Assembly (NCBI GenBank): GCA_963665115.1 | Contig: OY762007.1 | Span: 3,616,001-3,680,000 of the forward strand | Length of the DNA: 64,000 bases | DNA from: an uncultured Rivularia sp. | Lineage (GTDB): Bacteria > Cyanobacteriota > Cyanobacteriia > Cyanobacteriales > Nostocaceae | Direction: 5' to 3' | Shown here: in pieces, positions 38,864-49,552 of the stretch | Position numbering within the stretch: the stretch's first letter is position 1 | Layout of the letters: each line of letters starts with the position of its first letter | The notes under the pieces: generated by a model | Told to the model about the DNA's origin: nothing | The model's database searches: none | The model's input: only the letters and a program-made list of their open reading frames with translations | Made by a program: the position numbers and the translations under genes

Positions 38864-39889
38864 GTGATTCAATCTCTGCCAATTGGTATTACTTTATTTG
38901 CGATCGCCGCAATTGTAATTGGCTTGGTGGGTACCAAGATGTGTAAGGTTGCCGATCGATTAGCGGATGCTACTGGTTGGGGAGAAGCTGTAGTTGGTGC
39001 TGTTTTTTTGGGTGGTAGTACTTCTTTGGCGGGGATTGTCACTTCTGTGACTGCTGCTTATGGAGGCCACGCTGAATTAGCTGTTAGTAATGCTGTTGGA
39101 GGTATCGCCGCACAAACGGCAATGTTAGCTATTGCCGATATGTTTTACCGCAAAGCTAATTTGGAACACGCAGCAGCTTCGATTGCAAATTTGATACAGG
39201 GAACTTTGCTGATGTCTTTGTTAGCTATTCCCTTACTTGCTAGCTCTACTCCACAAGTTAGTTTTTGGGGCATTCATCCAGCAACCATTGCTATTATTGG
39301 GGCTTATTTATTTGGTCTGCGTTTGGTTTCGCAGGCTGAAGAACAACCGATGTGGAAACCACAATATACAGAAAAAACGATAAAAGATGAACCAACTGAA
39401 ATAACAGATATTAATGTCAATTTAACCAGACTTTGGTTGGAGTTTGTTTTATATGCGGTAATTTTAAGTTTAGCTGGTTATTTAATTGCTCAAGCAGGTG
39501 TATTTATAGCAATTGAAACTGGATTATCAGAATCCTTAGTTGGTGGTTTATTCACTGCGATATCAACATCTTTACCCGAACTTGTAGTTACTATAGCAGC
39601 GGTAAGACAAGGAGCATTGACTTTAGCTGTAGGCGGTATTATTGGCGGCAATTGTTTTGATTTATTGTTATTAGCTTTTTCTGATATTGCTTTTCGTAGC
39701 GGTTCTATTTATGCCGTTATTTCTGACAATCAGGTTTTCGTTATTTCCTTAACAATTTTGATGACAGGAATATTATTATTAGGACTTCTCCAACGCGAAA
39801 AATACGGTTTTGCAAATATTGGTTTTGAAAGTGTTTTAATTCTAATTCTTTATATAGGTGGAATTGGGTTGCTGATTTCACCTTTTTAG
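38864..39889 (+). CDS. Na+/Ca2+ (CaCA family) antiporter
   Basis: Two alpha-repeats, STSLAG...SNAVGG and STSLPE...IIGGN.F. Confidence 0.85.
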   Translation: MIQSLPIGITLFAIAAIVIGLVGTKMCKVADRLADATGWGEAVVGAVFLGGSTSLAGIVTSVTAAYGGHAELAVSNAVGGIAAQTAMLAIADMFYRKANLEHAAASIANLIQGTLLMSLLAIPLLASSTPQVSFWGIHPATIAIIGAYLFGLRLVSQAEEQPMWKPQYTEKTIKDEPTEITDINVNLTRLWLEFVLYAVILSLAGYLIAQAGVFIAIETGLSESLVGGLFTAISTSLPELVVTIAAVRQGALTLAVGGIIGGNCFDLLLLAFSDIAFRSGSIYAVISDNQVFVISLTILMTGILLLGLLQREKYGFANIGFESVLILILYIGGIGLLISPF

Positions 39890-39917
39890 AAATATGGGGA
39901 GATGGGGAGACATTATT

Positions 39918-40020
39918 TGAGTAGTGAGTAGTGAGTAACAAGTAGCGAGTAAAAATAGACGGGCAGAAGTACCGACATTTATGAAAATAATAAAAAAGTG
40001 ATTTACTTGCTACTCTCTAC
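39918..40020. repeat. ~90-bp dispersed repeat also present at ~60941-61035
   Basis: Shared AGTAAAAATAGACG...CGACATTTAT...AAAAAGTGATTTACTTGCTACTC, bracketed by inverted heptamer repeats. Confidence 0.7.
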
Positions 40021-40078
40021 TCCCTACTCCTAACTATTCCCAATGCCCAATGCCCCATGCCCTATTCCCTATTTAAAA

Positions 40079-40474
40079 CTAACTTAAATCGTCAATTAAC
40101 TTAATTACTCTTTCTTTGACTTCTTCGCGAATGCGGCGATATGTGTCTATCTCTCCACCTTCTGGATCTTCTAATTGCCAATCTTCAAATACTTCTCTTG
40201 TTAACCATTCGCTCGGTAGATTTACACCACAACCGCACAAGGAAATCACTGCATTATAATCTTCAGGATTAAATTCGCTCAAAGCCTTCGATTGTTGATT
40301 GCTGATATCCATACCAATCTCTGACATGATTTCTACAGTTTTGGGATCTACGAAACTCGCTTCTAAACCCGAACTAGTAACGCCTATTTTATCTTCTCCT
40401 AATTTACGAGCAAATGCTTCTGCCATCTGAGAACGGCGAGAATTTTTTTTACAAACAAACATGACTTTTTTCAT
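40079..40474 (-). CDS. arsC: Arsenate reductase (cyanobacterial LMW-PTP fold)
   Basis: CKKNSRRSQMAE, ISLCGCG and DWQLEDP. Confidence 0.92.
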   Translation of the reverse strand: MKKVMFVCKKNSRRSQMAEAFARKLGEDKIGVTSSGLEASFVDPKTVEIMSEIGMDISNQQSKALSEFNPEDYNAVISLCGCGVNLPSEWLTREVFEDWQLEDPEGGEIDTYRRIREEVKERVIKLIDDLS

Positions 40475-40619
40475 TTTGATTCCCCTAATAGCAAAGATTA
40501 AATTTTCATTATTAAATTGCAGATAAATTAAAATATTAGTTATAAAAAGCTATATTTATATCTTTATCAATTACCAATCCCCAATTCCCAATTCCCAATC
40601 CCCAATTACCAATCCCCAA

Positions 40620-41234
40620 TTACCCATTAACTTTTTGTTTTCGTTCGCTATGACGGTCTGTAAGATAATCAACTTTATCGCGTAATAGCAACGTAAATTT
40701 ATACAATTCTTCCATAACATCAATTACTCTATCTCGATAAGCTGAATCCTTCATTGTTCCATCTTCATTAAACTCTTGATAAGCTTTAGCAACAGAAGAT
40801 TGATTGGGAATTGTAAACATCCGCATCCAACGCCCTAGAAGTCTCATGGAATTTACTGCATTGAAAGATTGAGAACCACCACTTACCTGCATTACTGCTA
40901 AAGTTCTTCCTTGTGTCGGTCTAACTGCTCCTATACTCAAAGGAATCCAGTCAATCTGGTTTTTCAAAATCCCGGTAAGATTACCGTGCATTTCTGGAGA
41001 TGACCAAACTTGCCCTTCGGACCATTTACTTAACTCTTGCAATTCTTGGACTTTGAAATGTGTATCTGGGACGCTACCCCGAATAGGTAATTCACGGGGA
41101 TCGAAAAATTTTACTTCTGCACCGAATCCTTCAATAATCCGCGCTGCTTCTTCTGCTAACAAACGACTGTAGGAACGCTCTCGCAGCGAACCGTATAAAA
41201 ATAATATTCTTGGTTTGTGGTCGAAATCTGCCAT
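40620..41234 (-). CDS. arsH: Arsenical resistance flavoprotein ArsH
   Basis: [30 protein letters not shown] and TIPNQSSV. Confidence 0.95.
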   Translation of the reverse strand: MADFDHKPRILFLYGSLRERSYSRLLAEEAARIIEGFGAEVKFFDPRELPIRGSVPDTHFKVQELQELSKWSEGQVWSSPEMHGNLTGILKNQIDWIPLSIGAVRPTQGRTLAVMQVSGGSQSFNAVNSMRLLGRWMRMFTIPNQSSVAKAYQEFNEDGTMKDSAYRDRVIDVMEELYKFTLLLRDKVDYLTDRHSERKQKVNG

Positions 41235-41249
41235 GTATTCAATTCTCAA

Positions 41250-41978
41250 TTACTTAATATCGCGAAATCCGTAAGAAAGATGTCGATAAACAATTACTGC
41301 TAACTGCGCTCCCATAATTGGTGCTAGCCAGTAAAGCCAGTGATGTTGCCAAATCCATCCAATCAAAGCAGGAGCAAAAGAACGCGCCGGATTCATACTT
41401 GCTCCAGTTATCGGTCCCATGAAAGCCGCTTCTAAACCTACTGTTAACCCAATTGCTAATCCTGCAAAACCCACAGGTGCGCGTCTATCAAGCCCCGAAC
41501 CGAAAATGACGAACATCAAAACGAAAGTGAGTACTAGCTCTAAAACGAAAGATTGCAACCAATTATTATTTAAAGGCAAAGTTGCACCCAAATTGGCAAC
41601 GTTTCCTAAGCTGATAAAGAGTAAAACTGAAGCTGATATTGCGCCGACTAACTGTGCCAAAATATACGGTATTACCAGATGCTTTGGAAAAAAACCACTC
41701 GTCCAAAATGCTAACGTTACTGCTGGATTTAAGTGTGCGCCGCTGATATGTCCCAAACAATAAATCATTGCTGTAACAACGGCACCGAAGACAAAACTGA
41801 CACCTAAATGTGTTACGCTACCATCGCTAATGGTATTTGCCATAACTGCTCCGGTACCCGCAAATACCAAAGTAAAGGTACCGATACCCTCTGCGATCGC
41901 TTCTCTTTTCCAAAGACTGCCTAATAACTGTTGCCGCGAACGCTGATTTACACTTGTATCCATACTTGTAATTGGCAC
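41250..41978 (-). CDS. MIP/aquaglyceroporin channel in the ars operon
   Basis: Two NPA motifs, ISGAHLNPAVT and GASMNPARS. Confidence 0.92.
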   Translation of the reverse strand: MPITSMDTSVNQRSRQQLLGSLWKREAIAEGIGTFTLVFAGTGAVMANTISDGSVTHLGVSFVFGAVVTAMIYCLGHISGAHLNPAVTLAFWTSGFFPKHLVIPYILAQLVGAISASVLLFISLGNVANLGATLPLNNNWLQSFVLELVLTFVLMFVIFGSGLDRRAPVGFAGLAIGLTVGLEAAFMGPITGASMNPARSFAPALIGWIWQHHWLYWLAPIMGAQLAVIVYRHLSYGFRDIK

Positions 41979-42015
41979 GTTAGCGCCTCAAATTTAGAAC
42001 ACGCTTCATATAAAC

Positions 42016-42079
42016 AGGTTATTTCAAAAAAAGTTGATATGTCAAGCAGTTGAGTATTTAGGTATCAATTAAATTTGAC
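42016..42079 (-). promoter_or_regulatory. Sigma70-type promoter with an ArsR-type operator for MIP-arsH-arsC
   Basis: The minus strand has TTGACA (42045-42040), an 18-nt spacer and TAACCT. The spacer holds ATCAACTTTTTTTGAA, like the ATCAA-N6-TTGAT ArsR box of Synechocystis arsBHC. A second box, ATCAATTAAATTTGAC, lies at 42064-42079. Confidence 0.7.
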
Positions 42080-42092
42080 CCCGGCTTAAAAG

Positions 42093-42425
42093 TCAAGGAG
42101 AGTCTTCGCAAGAAGGAGCGGGGACTATTTGGGTGAATTGATTGTATTGTGCTAAATATTGCTGTAGTACTTTAAACTGAGACTGGTTAAGGCTGTAGTA
42201 AATCCAGCGCCCTTCTTGACGAGCGCAAACTAAATTAGCTTCTTTAAGGGTTTTCAGATGAAAAGACAGCTTGGATTGACTGACATCTAAAATATCGCAT
42301 AAATCGCAAACACAGATTTCATGATTTTTAATTAGTTGCAATACTTTAACCCGCAATGGTTCGGATAAAGCATGAAAACCAGAAACAATAATACCTGGAA
42401 CCGTAGTAGGAGTGGATAGCATCAA
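42093..42425 (-). CDS. arsR: ArsR/SmtB-family repressor
   Basis: FHALSEPLR, EICVCDL, SQSKLSFHLKTL and GRWIYY, adjacent to ars genes. Confidence 0.9.
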   Translation of the reverse strand: MMLSTPTTVPGIIVSGFHALSEPLRVKVLQLIKNHEICVCDLCDILDVSQSKLSFHLKTLKEANLVCARQEGRWIYYSLNQSQFKVLQQYLAQYNQFTQIVPAPSCEDSP

Positions 42426-42453
42426 TTTATATTGAATTGAGAGTCAACTATAT

Positions 42454-43665
42454 TCATTTTGAACTAGAAATAGCAGGTTTGGAGTGATAGCGAATACCTG
42501 CTTGCTTAAATCGATGCAAAGCTTCATCAAGACGTTTAGTATCCGCTATTAAGCTAATACGCACATAATTTTCGCCTCCAGCACCAAAAGCATTACCGGG
42601 AGTAACTACTACACCTGTTTGCTGTAATAACTTTAAAGCAAAATCTGTGGAATTCATGCCTACAGGAGAAGGAATCCACAAATACATGGTTGCTTTTGTT
42701 TTGGAAAGATTCCAACCCAAATCTGTCAAACCTTGGATCAGGAAATCGCGACGGATAGAGTAGCGTTGTTGAACTTGCTCTAAATAACTATCGGGTAATT
42801 GTAAAGCAGTTTGGGCTGCTACTTGCAATGCTGAAAAAATACCATAATCCAAGTTGGTTTTCAGCGTTCGTAAACCTTGAATTACGTGTCGGTTGCCTAC
42901 CACAAAACCCACGCGCCAACCTGCCATATTATAGGTTTTAGACATGGTGTGGAATTCCACGCCGATATCTTTAGCACCAGGTATCTCTAATAAACTTGTA
43001 GGTTGATAGCCATCAAATGCTAATTCCGCGTAACACAAGTCATGAACTAGCAGAATTTCATACTTTTGAGCAAAAGCAACTATTTCTTCAAAAAATTCAC
43101 GGGGTGCAGTCGCAGCAGTAGGATTATTGGGGTAATTGAAATAAAGTATTTTTGCTCGTTTGGCTATAGCATCGGGTATTTTGGTTAGATCGATCAGCCA
43201 ATCATTTTCTGGTTTTAAAATTAAACTGTGGATTTCACCACCAGCAATTACGGGGCCACGAAAATGAACGGGATAAGATGGTGAAGGTACTAAAACTAAA
43301 TCGCCAGGATTAACATAAGCTAACGCTAAATGCCCCAATCCTTCTTTAGAACCTAATAACGGTAAAGCTTCGCTATCGGCATCTAAATTAACTCCATAGC
43401 GACGATGATACCAAGTAGTAATTGCGTTACGAAAATTGGCTGTTCCTTCAAAAGGAGGATAACCGTGATTATCAGGATTTTTTAAAGCCTCTATTGCTGC
43501 ATCAATTACAGCTTCTGGCGTTGCACCATCGGGGTTTCCCATACCCAGATCGATCAAATCTAAACCTTGCTCCCGCGCTTTTGTCTTCAATTCATCCAAT
43601 CGAGCAAATGGATAAGCGGGTAGTTTTTGTATTCTTTTGGCTGGGATTATCCAATCTAGATTCAT
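42454..43665 (-). CDS. PLP-dependent class I/II aminotransferase (aspartate/LL-DAP-aminotransferase-like)
   Basis: DLGMGNPD, NYPNNPT, HDLCY, SKTYNMAGWRVG and VRISL. Confidence 0.88.
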   Translation of the reverse strand: MNLDWIIPAKRIQKLPAYPFARLDELKTKAREQGLDLIDLGMGNPDGATPEAVIDAAIEALKNPDNHGYPPFEGTANFRNAITTWYHRRYGVNLDADSEALPLLGSKEGLGHLALAYVNPGDLVLVPSPSYPVHFRGPVIAGGEIHSLILKPENDWLIDLTKIPDAIAKRAKILYFNYPNNPTAATAPREFFEEIVAFAQKYEILLVHDLCYAELAFDGYQPTSLLEIPGAKDIGVEFHTMSKTYNMAGWRVGFVVGNRHVIQGLRTLKTNLDYGIFSALQVAAQTALQLPDSYLEQVQQRYSIRRDFLIQGLTDLGWNLSKTKATMYLWIPSPVGMNSTDFALKLLQQTGVVVTPGNAFGAGGENYVRISLIADTKRLDEALHRFKQAGIRYHSKPAISSSK

Positions 43666-43817
43666 AAGAAATGGGAGTCGCTTGGAAACTTAATCTTTTA
43701 AGTTTGAGAGGAAAAGCACAACAGCACTTTAAAGTACCGCGTGCTTTTCCATTGGGTGATTTTAGGATTTTCTATTAGATTGTTAGATTACCAATAAATC
43801 AACATCACAATCAATAT

Positions 43818-45026
43818 TTATGATTTTCCTTCTTTTTTAGAACCAGAAAACTGTTTAGCTTGATTGCTTCGAGCATTTAAACCATTGGAAATCCCATTTG
43901 CTTCTACTGGTGCTGTAGTGGAAACCATCGCTGCCATCAACTGTTCGATCGCAACTTTAAACGGTAATCTGTGAATATCTGAGTTAGGTTGTAGCGCAAA
44001 TTCTGCCGCTTTTTGCAACTGTTTGAGAGTTATATTGCCCAAACCCAAATCGTCCAGTTTTTGCGGTAATCCGATTTCTGCGTAAAATTTCAGCAACTGT
44101 TGTCTGGCAGCAGCAGCTAATTGGTTTCCTTGTAGCATTTCTTCCAAACGCAACTGCACCAAGATACCGTAAGCAACTTTATCACCATGAATGCTACCGC
44201 GTCCGCAAACATGAGTTAAACCATTATGCACGGCGTGAGCGGCAACAGTACGACATTGAGCACCACCAATTCCACCAATTACTCCAGCAAGTAACACTGT
44301 AGCGTCCACAACTTCTCGCCAAGCTTCGCTTCCAGGAGATTGCAAAGCAGCTACCGACTTTTGCAATAAAATATCGCGTAAAACTCGCGCTTGCTGAACA
44401 GCTGCAATAATTAAAGTCTGCTCTGAACTTCCGCTGCTTACCGATGCTTCGTACCACTTGGCGATCGCATCCCCAATTCCCGCAACTAATGTACTTTGTG
44501 GCGCTGTTTGAATCAAGTCGTAATCTAATATTAGTAAGTCAGGGCAATTATCTAAAGCCACATCATATAGAAACGCCCCTTCATCGGAATAAACGTTAGA
44601 AAGCGCAGTCCAAGCCGCACAAGTAGCCCCCGAAGTAGGAATTGTAACTACTGGTATTTCTAACTGGTGGGCTAATAATTTCGCCGTATCAAGAGCTTTA
44701 CCACCGCCAATACCGATAATTACATCAGCTTCGTGGACTTTAGCAGTGTTTCGTAAAACCTCCAAGCTGCTTTCACTGCAATCGGGAGCATAACTCTTTT
44801 GAATCAAATCTAACTCACGAGACTTAAACAATTCCAGATAATTTTGAGCAATTTTTGCAGTGCGATCGCCACTAACAACCAAGGGACGATTCCCTTTTCG
44901 AGAGATAGCATCAACTGCTTGGTTGAGGATTTGCGAACCGCGAATTACTTTTGCTGGAGCTACCGCCAGAGTTAATAACGAATTGGATGGCTGAGCCGAT
45001 AAAGTTGTCTTTGATTGATTAAACAT
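43818..45026 (-). CDS. Iron-containing alcohol dehydrogenase, glycerol-dehydrogenase-like
   Basis: GIGGGKALDTAK, IPTS, AGIGDAIAKWYE, AHAVHNGL and HGDKVAYG. Confidence 0.88.
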   Translation of the reverse strand: MFNQSKTTLSAQPSNSLLTLAVAPAKVIRGSQILNQAVDAISRKGNRPLVVSGDRTAKIAQNYLELFKSRELDLIQKSYAPDCSESSLEVLRNTAKVHEADVIIGIGGGKALDTAKLLAHQLEIPVVTIPTSGATCAAWTALSNVYSDEGAFLYDVALDNCPDLLILDYDLIQTAPQSTLVAGIGDAIAKWYEASVSSGSSEQTLIIAAVQQARVLRDILLQKSVAALQSPGSEAWREVVDATVLLAGVIGGIGGAQCRTVAAHAVHNGLTHVCGRGSIHGDKVAYGILVQLRLEEMLQGNQLAAAARQQLLKFYAEIGLPQKLDDLGLGNITLKQLQKAAEFALQPNSDIHRLPFKVAIEQLMAAMVSTTAPVEANGISNGLNARSNQAKQFSGSKKEGKS

Positions 45027-45395
45027 ATAATTTATTCAAGTAGCACCAAAATATCGAAAATTTTTCCAGATAGAGAGATAACCTATAAGTTATTTTACCT
45101 AAGAATAATAATTGTATCGTTTAGATGTAGATTTAAGGCTTATGAGTCTATATGTCAGCCCCATTACATTTTACATGGGAAAATATCTATCCTAAGTACT
45201 ATTGTCAACGAATAAATACTTAGCAGATCGAATAATCACTATTCATCAACTAACATAGAGATAGTATATTTACAAGTAATACCAGCTACATGATGCACTT
45301 AGTGCGAATAATTTGAAATAAAATAGTAATTTTGCTGAGTTTCAACGATAAAAGAATAAAGGTAAGTAAACCTCTTTAATAATTAGGTAAGTCAA

Positions 45396-45749
45396 ATGGA
45401 AAAGTTTGATAAGAATTCTCAACACATAAATAACAATGGTAAGGTTAAAACTTTTCAACAAAGAGTTTTTTCTTTAGAAGAGGAGGCTGTAAGCAATGAC
45501 TTACAGCCGCAAGTTAATAAAAGCCTACCGATCCCATTCCCAGAATTAAAGAAAGGCAGTAAAGGAGAAGTAGTAATGAAAGCACAGCGCATCCTCAAAA
45601 CAACCTCCGATTACATAGGATACGTAGACGGCGATTTTGGTTGGGTGATGGAAGCAGCAGTGCAAAGCTTTCAACGTCGGAGTAAAGTCGCAATAACTGG
45701 AATCATCAATGGTGATACTTGGGAAGCTCTAAACCAAATTCGTCGCTAA
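45396..45749 (+). CDS. Peptidoglycan-binding domain protein
   Basis: LKKGSKGE.V...Q..L...YVDGDFG...AAV..FQ...ITGI...TW.AL. Confidence 0.8.
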   Translation: MEKFDKNSQHINNNGKVKTFQQRVFSLEEEAVSNDLQPQVNKSLPIPFPELKKGSKGEVVMKAQRILKTTSDYIGYVDGDFGWVMEAAVQSFQRRSKVAITGIINGDTWEALNQIRR

Positions 45750-45828
45750 AATCAGTGAACAGTGAATAGTTAAGAGTTCCATCTTAATAATTCCTAACTC
45801 TTAACTCTTAACTCCTAACTCCGAACTC

Positions 45829-46351
45829 CTAACTCTCAAAAGTTGATAATTTCGCTAGATTATCTTCGTAAATATCAATTTGCATTCCGTTATCATCGCG
45901 ACTGGAAAGAGAAACGCTTAACTTGTCCTAAATAGAGGGGAACAGAAATTCCCGGTTCGGGATGTACTATGCTGCGAGCGCGAATAGTTAATTGATCGTC
46001 TTGTGGGGTACCTAATCTACCGTAGGAAAATAAATCGCTAGCAGCTTGCTTTAAAGTTGCATCTAATTCTGAAGAGGTTATTTGGGGTGGAGTAGCAATT
46101 ACAGCTTGCGACGATCCATTATCAAAAACCAATTTATAACGAACTGCACCAGGAATGACGGTGCGCGTTAAAGGCGTGAGAGAGAGAGGGAATAAACCCC
46201 CCGTGACTACCAGCATAAATCCCGTCGCACCCGCTAAGCGAAACCGGATACCCCACTTAAAGATAAAGCCTAAGAATGTAATAAAAGCAAATATTAATGT
46301 GGCAATACCCGCCCATTGAGTATATCGTGCGAAATCATCTGTTGAGAACAT
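45829..46351 (-). CDS. ycf51: Ycf51 family protein, with a +1 frameshift near 45911-45915
   Basis: WGIRFRL.G.TGF, FDNG..QAVI and TLKQAASDLFSYGR. Removing one base restores VKRSLSSRDDNGMQIDIYEDNLAKL... to TAG at 45829. Confidence 0.8.
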
Positions 46352-46518
46352 AACGGTTTAACTGCCAAGTTAATAAATTTATCAATGAATTTATTTTACC
46401 TGGCAAACTGCCGTCTTCTCTTGAGTCATTGTCTTATATATGATAAAGTGCGTGATTAGTTTAACTAATGCAGGCACATCTAATTTATCAGTTGTTTTAT
46501 TCTATACAAGTATTTTAT

Positions 46519-46908
46519 TTAACGGCGACAATCAACAGATAAATCCTTACCGTCATTCAAAATTGATACTGACACGATATAATCTTTCGGACAAGTTCGC
46601 ACAGAATTATTTTCTATTATTCTAATATCTTCAGAAAGCGTACAACTTTGAAACTCTGACTTTTCTGCAAAACTTATATAAGTTTTAGCTTTGCAGGGAA
46701 AAATAGAAGTACCAACTCGATTATTACCTATTCTAACTTTAGTGTCTCTTGCTAATAGACAATATCGTAAAGAACCATTGGCATAGCGGCTAATAGTACC
46801 GGATTCACAAGATATTGCTGCAAGTACAGGCTGCGGAAATAATATATTTATTGCGGAAAGACTAAAAAGAGAAGCAACCGCAGCTAACTTGTAGTTAAAA
46901 AATTTCAT
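46519..46908 (-). CDS. Hypothetical secreted Cys-rich protein
   Basis: Signal-peptide-like N-terminus ending VLA, and six Cys. Confidence 0.6.
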   Translation of the reverse strand: MKFFNYKLAAVASLFSLSAINILFPQPVLAAISCESGTISRYANGSLRYCLLARDTKVRIGNNRVGTSIFPCKAKTYISFAEKSEFQSCTLSEDIRIIENNSVRTCPKDYIVSVSILNDGKDLSVDCRR

Positions 46909-46984
46909 TTGTTAAAACCCCTCTTTTTATAGTTACAGAAAATATCTTATTTAACTGAATAAATGGCTTTAAAAAAAGAATTAG

Positions 46985-47078
46985 AAAAAACACCCCGTAA
47001 GGGGTGTTTACATCTTCCCAACAATCAGCAACAGTGACAAATGTGGGACAAACCACATCAACAGTCACAGGCGTGTAT
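46985..47078 (-). ncRNA. Candidate small RNA or structured leader with an intrinsic terminator
   Basis: Minus-strand hairpin GTGAC..ATGTGG-TTTGTC-CCACAT..GTCAC, then AAACACCCC-TTAC-GGGGTGTTTTTT. A TAATAT -10-like element lies just upstream. Confidence 0.4.
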
Positions 47079-47325
47079 TGTTATATTATTAACTTTTTTT
47101 GCCGTACACCTCAGAATTTGCACTTAGAAGCGTAAATTCAAACTAACGAAATTATTTATTTTTTGAGTGGGAATATAAGTTTTGAGTTTAATTCGATAAG
47201 ATTTTTGGAGAGTAAAAGAAGCAATTAAATTGTTGGTTGCTGCTGTCTATGATATTTAAAAACCCGGTTTTTTGAAAAAATCGGGTTTCTTATAATTAAA
47301 AAACGAATGTCCTCTACATCATTTA

Positions 47326-47808
47326 TTATTGATTCCCACGGTTAATGTATGTACGAACGTTGCGAACTGCTTGAGCCGCATAAGGGTCATTTGGACGTGC
47401 ATTCAAAGCTCTGCGAAAATTGATTAAAGCAGTTTGATAATCTTGATTGTCGGTTGCAGCATAACCTATTCGCATATGACGGTCATAAGCAGATTTTGGA
47501 GCATCTTTACTCTCAGGCTTATTACCATCCAAAATATCTAACATATTGTAATAAGCAATAGTGGCGTTACGGTCGTTAGGACGCATATACAAAGCGTCTC
47601 TAAAGCGAATCAAAGCTGTAGGGTAATCTTCTCTTTGAGCCGCTGCATAACCAAGCCTCATTTGAAAATCGTAACTGCTTTCCCCTCTTGCAGGTCTTGC
47701 TGCTACTGATGAGGTATTTGCAGTTTGCGCTGCTACCTGGTGAATAGGTGCAATTAAAGTTAATCCTAATATTGCTGGTAAAGCTTTTATTAAAACAGAT
47801 ATATTCAT
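47326..47808 (-). CDS. Secreted TPR-like two-repeat protein
   Basis: Signal peptide, then two copies of YD..MR.GYAA....DY.TALI.FR.AL..RPND..A. Confidence 0.8.
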   Translation of the reverse strand: MNISVLIKALPAILGLTLIAPIHQVAAQTANTSSVAARPARGESSYDFQMRLGYAAAQREDYPTALIRFRDALYMRPNDRNATIAYYNMLDILDGNKPESKDAPKSAYDRHMRIGYAATDNQDYQTALINFRRALNARPNDPYAAQAVRNVRTYINRGNQ

Positions 47809-48056
47809 TCAGATTTTCCTTGAATTATTTTAAAATGATAATTATTAGTATGAATTAATTACCTGTTAATAATATGACTTATCTTGTAGCTTTAATACAT
47901 CTATCGTTAGTTCAAATTAAAGGCTAATAAATACGGTCTAATTATTTTTTCATATACTTCTATAGAATGATAATAGCTATTTTTGATCAATAATTTTGAA
48001 TATTTCATTAAGCTAACATCAAGTAAATATGTAGTTAATCCTATTAAAATAAAATC

Positions 48057-48998
48057 ATGATAAAGATGAATAAATCAGTATCTGCTTTGCTCGGTTTATC
48101 TATTGGCGATGCATTGGGGGTACCTGTAGAATTCACAAGTCGAGCCGAAAGAGTAAAATCTCCGGTAACATCAATGTTGGGTTATGGAACCTGGGATGTG
48201 CCTGCTGGAACTTTCTCTGATGACAGTTCATTAACTTTTTGTTTGACTGAATGTCTTTGCAAAGGATTTTCGCTAAATGATATTGCTAATTCTTTTTGGC
48301 GCTGGTATCAAGAAGGTTATTGGACGGCTAGCGGTGAAGTTTTTGATATTGGTAATACGACTTTCTTAGCAATCGCTGATTACAAACGAGGTGTGCCACC
48401 CGTACAAGCAGGCGGAAAAAGCGAAAACAGTAATGGCAATGGTTCTTTGATGAGAATTTTGCCTATGGCTTATTTATTCAAAAAATGGGATTTTCCAGAA
48501 CTAATTTGTCGTACACATCAAGTTTCTTGCATTACTCACGCGCATCTAAGATCGCAAATGGCTTGCGGGATTTATATAAGTATTGCAATTTCTTTGTTGT
48601 CAGGTGAAAAACCACAGCAGGCTTACGAAAAGGGATTAGAAAAAATACAACCAATTTATTCAGCGTCTGAATATGCTGTTGAAATCTCGCATTTCGATAA
48701 GGTATTTACCGCTGAAATAGCCAAATTACCTGTAGACGAAATTCAATCTAGCGGTTACGTGATACATACTCTTGAAGCGTCTTTATGGTGTCTATTAAAT
48801 AGTTCGTCTTATGCCGAAGCGGTATTAAAAGCAGTAAATTTGGGTGGAGACACCGATACTACCGCTGCTGTAACGGGTGGTTTAGCAGGAATTTATTATG
48901 GCGTTGAAAATATTCCGAAAGAATGGATCGAGCAAATTGCCCGCAAACAAGAGATTGTGGATTTAGCCGAGCGTTTTGATGCAGCGGTTTTTAATTAG
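48057..48998 (+). CDS. ADP-ribosylglycohydrolase family protein
   Basis: IGDALGVPVE, SDD, GNGSLMR, ITH and LGGDTDT. Confidence 0.92.
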   Translation: MIKMNKSVSALLGLSIGDALGVPVEFTSRAERVKSPVTSMLGYGTWDVPAGTFSDDSSLTFCLTECLCKGFSLNDIANSFWRWYQEGYWTASGEVFDIGNTTFLAIADYKRGVPPVQAGGKSENSNGNGSLMRILPMAYLFKKWDFPELICRTHQVSCITHAHLRSQMACGIYISIAISLLSGEKPQQAYEKGLEKIQPIYSASEYAVEISHFDKVFTAEIAKLPVDEIQSSGYVIHTLEASLWCLLNSSSYAEAVLKAVNLGGDTDTTAAVTGGLAGIYYGVENIPKEWIEQIARKQEIVDLAERFDAAVFN

Positions 48999-49070
48999 TT
49001 AGGAGTTAGGAGTTATAGATTAAAGATTTATACTGCTCACTGCTCACTGGTAACTGGTAACTGCTTACTG

Positions 49071-49394
49071 TCAACTGACTTGCTGTGCAATCCACTGCAA
49101 GTAAGGTTGATGACCTTTGAGAATAGGTATGGCAATAATTTCGGGTACTTCGTAGGTATGAAGTTCGAGTATCTTTGCTTCTAAAGTGGGAAATCTGGTT
49201 AAATCGGTTTTAATAAAAAGTTGCCATTCTTGGTCTTTGTTAACTTTCCCTTGCCAAGTGTAAATTGAGTTTATGGGGCTGAAACTGACGCAAGCAGCGA
49301 GTTTGGACTCTACTAAAACATTGGCTATTTTCTCTGCCTCTTCTTGAGAACCAGTTGTAACCAACACTATGCCGTAGTCGGTAAAGCTATCCAT
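49071..49394 (-). CDS. cutA: Divalent-cation tolerance protein CutA
   Basis: LAACV, SIYTWQG, LFIKT and H.YEVPEII. Confidence 0.93.
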   Translation of the reverse strand: MDSFTDYGIVLVTTGSQEEAEKIANVLVESKLAACVSFSPINSIYTWQGKVNKDQEWQLFIKTDLTRFPTLEAKILELHTYEVPEIIAIPILKGHQPYLQWIAQQVS

Positions 49395-49552
49395 AAGATT
49401 AGAAAAAAGTAGATGAACACTATGAATGAAATAATCCGTAGTAGATATTGCTGATTCTAGGATTACTAATTACGAATCAACCAAATCCTAATGGCAAGGG
49501 AAGATGTTTAACATAGAATTATGCTTTCTCTCAATAAAAGCGTGACAGTTAA

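Noticed and set aside
48057..48998. DraG/DraT nitrogenase switch or toxin-antitoxin pair
   Set aside because: No ADP-ribosyltransferase partner is adjacent, so it is treated as a stand-alone hydrolase.
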